A stretch of DNA of 61,909 nt from NCBI GenBank assembly GCA_000697335.1, contig JNEM01007302.1, forward strand, positions 1 through 61,909, read 5' to 3'. This DNA is from Conidiobolus incongruus B7586 (Eukaryota). The position numbers were made by a program, and so were the translations under genes. The notes beneath the pieces were generated by a model, which was given only the letters and a program-made list of their open reading frames with translations, had not been told where the DNA came from and ran no database searches. Positions within the stretch are counted from its first letter, which is position 1, and each line of letters opens with the position of its first letter. Below are positions 52,349 through 61,909 of the stretch, in pieces.

Positions 52349-54133
52349 TTAGGCTTCATTAAACACATCCCTTTGGATGGGCTCAATGATACAGTCGGGT
52401 TTGATCGATTGGAGGGGTTGGGTTAGGGTAGGCTCGAAGTGATATTCAAGGAAAGAGAATTTTGCCAACCTGGTGAACGGAATTAAGAATTTATCTAATT
52501 GGATATAGTCAGGCAAAATGAAGAATTCGAAATTTTGCAGGGTGGAATAGCAGACCCATAGATTCTTGCTAGGGGATTTAAATCGCACTCTGGTCAGTCG
52601 TTTTAATTTGAGATCCGTCAATTTAAATAGTCGGGTCCTAATAAAATCAATAGATTGATCAGTAATAGGTATGAAGTCCAGCTCCAGACTCTCGAGACCG
52701 GGGTTATTTGAGGTTAGATGATTAATATGGTCATCATTGACATCAAGTAACAGATACATTTTCACAGAATTTAGCCGAGTACAACGAGTGAAGACATGAT
52801 TGAGATATTTTGGATTTATCCGACAGGATCCCAACGATATATGAGTGAGAGAGTTAAAAGCACTCTTGCAAAGGTATTTCAGAGAATATTCCAGATATCC
52901 TAATTGCTCTAATCGTATTGATTGTAATTGGTCATTCTGCTGCAGTAATTTGGCCAGCCATTCATCCAAAGTTCGGCCATTACTCTCACTAAAATGTTTT
53001 AAATATGTATCAAATGATTTGACAAGTGAGCTATTTAGTTTAATTGGAAATGAATTGCTAGAATCAATGGGATCAGAGATATAAGAATGCTCTCTCAAGT
53101 ATTGGCGCCATTCAGTTTCAAAGTAAGAATAATCGTACTGATGTTCACCGAACCAATTTACCATTTCTAGTCTTCCTAAAAACTTGATGTTTTTTCGTAG
53201 GTGATTTAAATCCTGAGGCTCGATTCGAGTATTTACAAATGCTAATCTAGTCAAGTTGGGGCTATTCGTTATAGTATCATTAAAAAATTTAGGCAAAGGA
53301 ATTTTCGGTTGGCGGTTTCGAAATGATAGATGCTGAAGATTTGATAAAGGCTTCATTCTGAGTTTAGGGCTAGTTTCTTTCCAGTTAATACTATTCACAA
53401 AGTGAACCTTATTTAAGCCAGGGAATTTGTCTTGAAGATCAATTTGATAGGATGATGTAATCAACGGCTCAAAGTCAATGAAATTGAGTTCATTCACATT
53501 TCTATACTCACAATCTATGTCTTTAAAAATATTAGTCTTAAATGTACCTTGGATGGTCACTTGTTGAATGAGTTTCCTTGTGGCTGCAAGCAAATATAAC
53601 TTGTCTTTAGTACTTGTATTAAAATTCGCACCGCGCTTTGATAAGGTGCCGAGTGTCATATGTGAGTAGAAATGCGGTGTGAATACTTTGCACCATCTTT
53701 TATTGATTAATCGACAATTGGCTATTTCTTGCTGAGAAAGATATGGTATAATGCGAAGGTGGAGACGATTGGGATAATCAAAGAGCTTAGTTAAACTGGA
53801 TTTTGTCTCAATTGGACTCGGAGAGAGTTCTGGAGGTGGGAGACGCTGATGCTGATGCTCGAGAATGGAACCTTTCGCGCTAAGTTGAATATTCCTTAAC
53901 TCCTGTTCAAGCATAGAGACAGCCTGAGGTCTTTTGGACTTGGCTGGAGGCTTGAAAAAATGATCGTCAATATCAATTGTGAGATCTTCCGAATAAGATT
54001 CGGTGTCCTGTACTGTTTGGTCAAGGTTATACTTGTCTATCAAGACAAAGGCATCCTCGTCAAACGGACAGTCGTCTGGTGGCGTCTCTGGAGGATCAGA
54101 AGAGAGCATGTCTCGGATAAATGAGTTATACAT
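52349..54133 (-). CDS. F-box / leucine-rich-repeat (RNI-like) protein, 594 aa, single exon
   Basis: F-box-like YPNRLHLRIIPYLSQQEIANCRLINKRW. LRR units such as FPGLNKVHF, SPNLTRLAF, CTRLNSVKM, NPGLESLELDFIPITD. Acidic, Pro-rich N-terminus. Confidence 0.8.
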   Translation of the reverse strand: MYNSFIRDMLSSDPPETPPDDCPFDEDAFVLIDKYNLDQTVQDTESYSEDLTIDIDDHFFKPPAKSKRPQAVSMLEQELRNIQLSAKGSILEHQHQRLPPPELSPSPIETKSSLTKLFDYPNRLHLRIIPYLSQQEIANCRLINKRWCKVFTPHFYSHMTLGTLSKRGANFNTSTKDKLYLLAATRKLIQQVTIQGTFKTNIFKDIDCEYRNVNELNFIDFEPLITSSYQIDLQDKFPGLNKVHFVNSINWKETSPKLRMKPLSNLQHLSFRNRQPKIPLPKFFNDTITNSPNLTRLAFVNTRIEPQDLNHLRKNIKFLGRLEMVNWFGEHQYDYSYFETEWRQYLREHSYISDPIDSSNSFPIKLNSSLVKSFDTYLKHFSESNGRTLDEWLAKLLQQNDQLQSIRLEQLGYLEYSLKYLCKSAFNSLTHISLGSCRINPKYLNHVFTRCTRLNSVKMYLLLDVNDDHINHLTSNNPGLESLELDFIPITDQSIDFIRTRLFKLTDLKLKRLTRVRFKSPSKNLWVCYSTLQNFEFFILPDYIQLDKFLIPFTRLAKFSFLEYHFEPTLTQPLQSIKPDCIIEPIQRDVFNEA

Positions 54134-57100
54134 TTGAAAGAATCAGGAAACAAGGAACAAATAAAGAAAAAGGAAGTAGAGTTTACTTTAAGTGTGGATA
54201 GAATGGGACTGTTGATGAGGTGTGTTGTATGTGTGGTGTGGTATGTAAAACGAAGGGATAATTCAGAATAAAAATTGAAATTGGGATAAAAAACATTTTA
54301 ATCTTAAAATATTTCACATCGCCCCCAGTTATATACTTTATGAAATTATCCCTGATTCAATTCAGCCAATCATATCCACGAATCAAATCACTTTTAAAAA
54401 TGATTGGACAATTCTTTCGATATATCCCAGTCCCTTTTTGGTAACTCAAAAATCACAAATTGAAATTGACAATTGACAATTGAAAACAATGACAAAAGCA
54501 AAATTAAAAATTAACTCCACAATCAATTTATGTTTAATTCTAATTGAATGTTCGACTATAGTAACTTGTTATTAAAACTATGTTCTTGCTTGTAAATGGT
54601 TAAATGAATTAGAAATAAAATCTTAATAATGATGAATAAACTGAACTCGATACGACTATCATAGCAATATAATTCTGATAACAGAAGACTTCGAGAGATT
54701 CAGGGGCTTCAGAAGTGACAAATTAGGAGTTATCAACTGAATTTTGACTTAATCAAACTCAACAAAATCATGGCTACATTTGATTGAATATTACTCCAAC
54801 CACTAAAAAATCATGAGATCATCCTTTATATTAAAACTCGATCAGTTATAGCTAATATTTAAATGGTATGAAATAATAATATTTTACATTAATCTATTGT
54901 AATATCAGATTTAACAATAACCAGTATTCAATAGTAAATAAATTGATTAAACAATATATTGAACTATATGTTATATAATCAAAATCATGGTAGATATATT
55001 TTCATTAATATCGATATATTCACTTGAATCGACTCAATACCCATTATATTAGAATGAAATCGCAATTAATTTCAAATAAACTAGCATTCAACAAAAATGG
55101 GTCGATTTGAAATGATTAATGATTAATAGCAAATTATTGGATTTTAAAATTCAAATAAATCCATGACGATCTCCTTAAACGGTATAAAAAATAGTATATT
55201 TTCTAATACCTTTAAAAGAGATTACAAAGTTAAATTGTTAATTTTTAAAACTAAAATACCACTTCAATTTTATTTATTTAAATCATTTCACTCTTTTTAT
55301 TTTCTGGAAATTTCATTTTAACTTTATATTATAATAGATTTAAAGTTTATCAAAAATTTAAATTTAATTTCAATTTATACACTATTCAAGTTAATTTATT
55401 TTTTATTATCAGTGACATTTAATTAATAATTAAAAACCATCTATTACTTTATATATTAGACTAAACTTATAACATTATAATTATTATTCCATATAAATGA
55501 AATTGATAACCTAACGATTGATGAAGTTAATGATGTAATTAGACATATTAAACCAATAACATACAAATAATATATCACCAATCTAAAAAATTTAATATTA
55601 TTTCCAATTTTATTAAATTACAATCCAATCAATATTATTAATATTATATCATATTTGCAATATAATAAAGTAAATAATCCTCATATTAGGCAAAATTCAA
55701 ATTATTTAAATTTCAATATTTCAAACTTCAATTATGAATTTAATTATGGAAATATGTAGGGGATTAAAATTCGAAATTATCTCCTTAATTTAAGTCCAAT
55801 GTCTGATTAAATTATTTCCCCGAATTGATTAATATTTGTTAATTTTTGAGTATTGAAGCTGACTAACTCAATTTGAGATTTTGAGAATTTAGAATATTTT
55901 TTTTATATTACCCTTTGATTTTCCTTATTTTAGTAATTCCTACAATTTGTTAGTTAATATTGTTGTCATAAATTACACTTTTTTCGTCATTTTATTTATT
56001 AAATATATTAGTTATATTATTAAATTTTAATTATAAACGATGATATTCAAATGTAAAAATATCATTCTAGAAAGAACCTTGAACCTAATCTGTCTACATC
56101 TTCATACTATGGAATTATTAATAGTAAATTACAATGATGTATAAACCTATTTATTAGAAAATTAATAATATTTATAATTAAATAATTATGGAATTTATCC
56201 TATATATTTGTATATATTACTTGAATAATTATTGAATAATATCAAATATTTCTATTTGATATAGTATGACTAAAAATTTCAAATTATTTTAATTGATATA
56301 CAATACCTTTTTAGTAGCCACTTATTATAACATTCCCTAATATCATAGTATATATTATTTTTTGGCTAAGAAAATCAATTTCGATATACAAAGAAATATT
56401 ACTGATAATATTGATATTATTAATAATAAAGTATATATATATATCAATGTGCATTTATTAATATAATTCTGGAGGTGATTAATGTATACAAATATATTAC
56501 GAGAAAATATTTTAAAAATCGCAATTATTTTATATTATAGTCAAATTCCTCGTTAAGATGAATATTTGAACTTTATCAAATACTAATCATCCCTATTAGA
56601 TAAAATGAATGATAGTTTTTGTTATTTTAATTTCAAAATCAACTATTATGATAAATATTAATATTTTTAAAATATTAACAATTATTTAAGGTTCATTATT
56701 CATTTAATTTATGATGATACTATATTATACATATACTAACAAACTTTTACCATATGTTTTCTCAAGTAATCGTTCACAAAAGGTTTACTTCTCTGATATT
56801 CTGCGCTAATTTTTAAATTAATAAATAATATTGAGATGTGATTTGTTAAAGAATTACTATCACTGTTATGCAAGTATGAACATTATTACTCACTTTGGAC
56901 ACCGTTTTCCCCATCTGACCTAAACCTAATTATCAAAATCAAAAATGAAAAAAATTAATAATCAATAATTTGTTTACAATACCCTGAAAAATACCATACA
57001 ATAAATATGTACATAAAACTAGGGGTAATTTACTATAAATTCGAAAAATCACTCCATTATAATTTAAATTTTTTAATTTTATCAAGTGATTGTTGAGTGA

Positions 57101-58290
57101 AGAATGGTATTTTATTTAATATTAATTTTTGATTATTCGATTAGTTTTTTGATAGATATAATCTCTTTCAAATTTTAATATAATCAGAGTTTTTAAAATT
57201 CATTTAAATTCATCAATAATTGCAAAAATTTATTTTAGATATCTTACTATTATTAAAGTTTACTGATGTATTTAATAAATTATGATTTATTATTTTTAAA
57301 TATTAATTTCTTGAATTAAGCCAATTAAAAGAGCTTAGACTGTTTAAAATATTTACATAAAAATTAATCTATCTAAATATCAAATGATGAATATTTTAGC
57401 ATTTCTATTATCAAAATTATGTAATGCTTTTATACTATTTAATTGCAAGGTTTTTATAAAAAACTCAATTATTTAAATATGATTCCCATTCTTGGCAATA
57501 TAGTACAAAATTAACAGTGATTCCAATTAATTCAAAAATAAATTAAAGTTGATACTTTGATAAACCTTGAAAAATCACTTAAACCTTTATTTTGATTGAT
57601 TAAAAGATTATTAGATTAATATTAAACTAGATGGATGATATTGCAATTGCCCATTCTAGACTTTCAGCTTGTATCTGAATATAAATTGATAATGATGGAG
57701 ATTTATTAAAAATAAATTAAATTCTGGATTGGAGGGAACAAGCTATATCGGTTAGGCTAAACCTCGATTTTAATTATATAATATATTTATATATATACTA
57801 AATAATATTCTCACATTTTTTAGATTTTTCAAACAAATGATATCAAATTAAAAAAACAAATTCATAATATTATACATATTTAATAATTTCAAATAACATA
57901 AATATCTGTTAAACTAAGAATTGCGAGTTTTTTTTCATATTTTATAAATTTATATATTTTTCTAAATTTTTTAAAATTAACCTATAGATATTTATTATTA
58001 AAACAGATTTAAACCATTATATATAAGTATTAAAAATATGGAACTTAATTTTTCTATTTTGTAATTATTTAAATAATTATAGTATTATAAATTTTAATAT
58101 AAATAAATCAAGCAGTGCGCAAGTCGAAACTGGAATTATTTTGGTCATCACACAATTTCTCGTTTAATATAAGCTTGACTAAAAATGATTGGAAATTAAC
58201 AATAATTTTTATCAATATTCCCAATATTATAATAAATTGGCATGGGAAAATGGAGGTATTGCGTAGTATACCAAAATACTCACTTCTTAG

Positions 58291-58298
58291 TATAAAAG
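58291..58298 (+). promoter_or_regulatory. TATA box upstream of the N/Q-rich gene
   Basis: TATAAAAG about 60 nt before the AAAATG start at 58358. Confidence 0.45.
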
Positions 58299-58357
58299 GT
58301 GTGAATGGCCCATACCTACTGAACTCATTCATTTATAAGCAATCCAAAATAACCAAA

Positions 58358-59077
58358 ATGTCTACCCCTTATCGTCCTTCTGCTGACTATGCTAAGCCTA
58401 TTGATTTAACTGGATTAAATAACCAATCTAACTATAATAACAATAATAACAATAATAGCAATCATACTAACAATAACTATAATAATAATAATAATAATCC
58501 TTCCAATAACCAACAACAACCCGCTCAACCACACAAGGAAGAAGAAAATGATGGACCAAGCGGTTTAGCTATTGCCGGTGGTATCTTAGGTGGTTTAGCT
58601 GCTGCTGGTGCTGCTGCCTATGGTATTCACAAGTACAACGAGCATAAGAAGAACGAAAAGGAACAAAAGTATCAAGAGAGTTACAAGAAGCATGAATCTA
58701 ACTATAGTAAGACCAATCAACCCGCCATGGGGAGTGCTAAGCCTTCTCAACCCTCTCAATATCCTACCACTACCAATGGCCAAGGTAACTCTACTGCTCA
58801 ATCTTCTAAGAACAATGGCCAAAGCTATCCTAATCAAGGTTATCAACAACCCAGCAACCAATCTGGATACAATAATGGATCCAGTCAACACAACTACAAC
58901 AGCTCTCCTTCCACCTTTAACTCCCAATATGGTAATGGAGCCCAACCCTACAACCAAAACAATGGAAGTCACCAATCCTCCCCCTCCAACGGTCAAAGCT
59001 ATAACCAAGGATACCAATCCAACTCATCATATGGCTCTAACAACCAATACAACCAACAACCACCCACTCGCTATTAA
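58358..59077 (+). CDS. Asn/Gln/Ser/Tyr/Gly-rich low-complexity protein with a central Gly/Ala hydrophobic segment, ~239 aa
   Basis: ATG in AAAATG context, GC-richer coding-like composition. Poly-N tract, GLAIAGGILGGLAAAGAAAYGIHKYNEHKK, then a charged helix and NGQSY/NQGYQ repeats. The ORF-track upstream extension to 58115 looks non-coding. Confidence 0.8.
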   Translation: MSTPYRPSADYAKPIDLTGLNNQSNYNNNNNNNSNHTNNNYNNNNNNPSNNQQQPAQPHKEEENDGPSGLAIAGGILGGLAAAGAAAYGIHKYNEHKKNEKEQKYQESYKKHESNYSKTNQPAMGSAKPSQPSQYPTTTNGQGNSTAQSSKNNGQSYPNQGYQQPSNQSGYNNGSSQHNYNSSPSTFNSQYGNGAQPYNQNNGSHQSSPSNGQSYNQGYQSNSSYGSNNQYNQQPPTRY

Positions 59078-61126
59078 AAGGTAAAGTAAATTTATCAAAT
59101 ATATTATAAGTAATTTCATATAATATAAACTTATGTTAACAATTTTGAAATATTACTTGGTCAAATTAATTCAAAGTATTACATGAATTGAAAGGATAAT
59201 CTTAATATATTATTTCATTTTAATATATAATTATAAAAGTACGAATTAGATATTACATCATTGAATTTTAATTAAATCTTCTAAAAATTTAAGTTATTAA
59301 TTCACCAATTATTTAAAAAAAAGTCTTTATCATTTATAAATTTATTTACTAAAATACTGGCATGTTTATAATATTAATTTATTATAATTAATTTTGATAT
59401 ATATTTTTTAGAATATCAATATATTAAAAGGATAAAATGAATGTAATGAATTCAACTACCAATATGTATAATAAATATACTATTATTTTATTAACCAAAT
59501 AAATATCATAAAATTATTAAAGATTTTTGTATCATTATTAAATCAGATATTATATATTTATATATTCGAAAGTTGATATATCATCAATAATTCCCAATTT
59601 CAATTTCAGTTCATATAAATTATTATCATATATTTATTTTATTGTCATTACAATATAAAAAATCAATATAAATATATATAATAATTTTTTAACAGTGATT
59701 TTCAAATTACTAAATTCCATTTTAATAAATAATTAATTCCTTTTTATTAAAATTGAATTAATTTTATATTTTTAAAAAAGAAATTAAAATAATATGCTTA
59801 CTATGATAATTCTTTGTTAATTATTATTTTCTTTTTCATTCATAAAGCTTGTAATAAATAAATAAATTAAAAATATTAAAATATAATATTATAATTTCAA
59901 ACATATTTTTAAACAATGAAAATATAGCAAAATAGTAATAAAAATCTACTATTTAAGTATTTTCTCTGTTAAATTAATTTCTTTTATATTAATATTATTA
60001 TCATTATTATATTCAATAATTAAAAAAAACTAAATTTTAATCAAATAAATATCTATTTAAATGTTACTTAACTATATGTATAATTTAAACATAATTAAAT
60101 GTGTTTGTTATATATCGAGACCAAATAATTATGAATTGATCTTTGGTTCAGGGAGCCATGAATAATGTTCCCTTAGAGTGTTAAATATATGAAAGAACAA
60201 TACAACTATAAGAATCTTATATCCAAATCCAATTCTAATACCAAAAGTAAGTCCTAAACGCTTATAGAAGATAGTTAATACAAATAGGAAAACATATAAT
60301 ATTATATACAATTCCCCAAGAAAGCAACAGGAGGCTATTGTCAACCATATCAGACCTATTAAGTATGGAAGTTTTGAAGAACCAATTCCACGTTATTCAT
60401 ATATATTGATTAAATAGATATTATTTCTGATAATGAAAGTATAATATGTTTATTATCAAATTATTTTAATTCTAATTAATGTAGATATTTTGATTAAAGT
60501 CAATACTTTAAATAAATGGAATATTTGTATTAAGCTACAGCAAAAAGGCTTAATAATACAAAGGTTAGAATTAATAAATGTTTTTTTATTATAATGGAGA
60601 ATATTTAAATAACTTATATAACGATCATATAAGTGAAAGTATAATATGACAATATAATTTACAATCAACAAACTTTTTAAATTGAAATAATATGAAATTT
60701 TGTATTATTTGATATATTATATTAAAACTATTAAATCGAGAAAATATATAATTATTGCTTTTAGCAGATATTTTCTTTAAATTAAGGTAATAAGGTTAAA
60801 TAAATTAATGTAAGGGAAATGAATTCAATTATTAATTTTTAAAAATATATTGTAATTTTGATTTTAATATTATTTTAATTTATTTATTTAATAATATACC
60901 TTTTGATATACTATTATTGTATTTTAAATTAAAATTTCATAAATAAATAGAAAGATTTAATGAGCTTTAATTTATTCAAAAGTTTATATTTAAATAAATT
61001 TATATTTCTGATTTTTAATTTTTATAATCAAAAAATATATTTGTATTTCTAATAAATAATATATACTCTTAGATAATAATGATTAAAATTTGAATATTTA
61101 ACTCAATTTATTAGATTCAAATTATA

Positions 61127-61909
61127 TTACTTTATAATTTAAATAATGGGAATTTTTTGTGATTGAAAAAAATATATATTTTAATATATAAAAAGTAAAA
61201 ATAAATATTTAATATAAAATTAATAATTTTTTTTATTTCTAATAATTTTTTGCTATACTTTTAACAAAGATTTATCATTCAAAAAATAATTCTTTTTATT
61301 AAAAACTAAAATTTGATGTTTTATAAATTAATTAAATTTTTTTGTAAAAATTTTCTTTTCTATAAGCTAGTTTTTTAATTATTGAAAACAATTATAATTA
61401 CATAGGTTATAATCTAAAGAATATACTAGATGTAGTAGTTTTTTCTAGTTATTTTGATTTAGAAAGTTTTTTATAGCTTTAGATTTATATATTTTATAAT
61501 TATTATAAAAAATAATAAATTTTTTTAAATTATATTAAGAATACTAATTTAAAATAATTTTATTTAAAAATATATAAAGTTTATTATTAATTAATTTTCC
61601 TTTAAAAATTAAATAAGAATAGTATATGTTATTATAATCTATTATAATAATTAAAATTTGTTTATCAATAAAGTATTTATTTAAAGGAATTTGTAAAGAG
61701 GGTTAATTTAACTTAATCTAATATTTTAATTTATATTTTAGTAAAAAATTATATAAAAAACCTTAATATTCATTAATTATAATGATTTATTATAAAAAAA
61801 TTTAGTTTCTAGCTATATCTTAATAAATTTTGTTTAATAATAACTACTCTAGTTTTTTTAAGCTTTAGTTAAATTATAAGATATTTATTTTATATTTTTA
61901 TTAATTAAT
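61127..61909 (-). mobile_element. Hypermutated mariner (DD34D) copy, truncated by the window end
   Basis: TA at 61125-61126, then TIR ttactttataatttaaataatgggaatttttt. Minus strand tat aat aat (61507-61499) and cta cat cta gta tat tct tta gat tat aac cta tgt aat tat (61435-61394) revert to HDN..PHPAYSPDYNPCDY, with exactly 34 residues between the two Asp positions. Confidence 0.9.

Noticed and set aside
2941..53084. Short antisense or off-frame ORFs overlapping real genes (2941, 4093, 7035, 14387, 17438, 17911, 19137, 20410, 25335, 36098, 36703, 44225, 52845)
   Set aside because: Shadows of ACSL, RAB3GAP1 or F-box coding sequence, with no independent motifs.
54600..55200. Possible further transposase or gene relic upstream of the F-box gene
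   Set aside because: No diagnostic motif could be recovered.
58115..59084. 320-aa extended ORF and overlapping ORFs 58595-59017 (-) and 58608-59084 (+)
   Set aside because: The upstream extension starts at GTG, is AT-rich and contains the TATA box. The overlapping frames are by-products of low-complexity codons.
1..61909. CRISPR arrays, tRNA/rRNA genes, prokaryotic operons
   Set aside because: None seen. The sequence is spliceosomal-intron-containing eukaryotic DNA, and its repeats are microsatellites, TIRs or paralogs.

Overview
Very AT-rich eukaryotic, intron-containing DNA. Short 47-71 nt GT-AG introns and the gene content point to a fungus, probably an early-diverging lineage such as Entomophthoromycotina (Conidiobolus-like); the taxon is inferred, not established. 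The window is dominated by ten paralogous long-chain acyl-CoA synthetase (ACSL/FACS, ANL superfamily) genes. Five are intact (copies 1, 2, 6, 8, 10) and five are pseudogenes (3, 4, 5, 7, 9). All share one 4-exon/3-intron layout and show signs of gene conversion, a probable inversion, divergent substrate-pocket segments and divergent C-termini. Also present: an 8-exon Rab3GAP1 gene, an F-box/LRR gene and an Asn/Gln-rich low-complexity gene. Several apparently featureless AT-rich stretches are Tc1/mariner transposons whose catalytic motifs reappear when C>T/G>A transitions are reversed: a Tc1 plus its MITE, three DD34D mariner copies (one inserted at a TA in ACSL copy 9) and an IS630/Tc1-like relic. 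This suggests RIP-like or methylation-driven hypermutation of repeats. All alignments and translations were done by eye.
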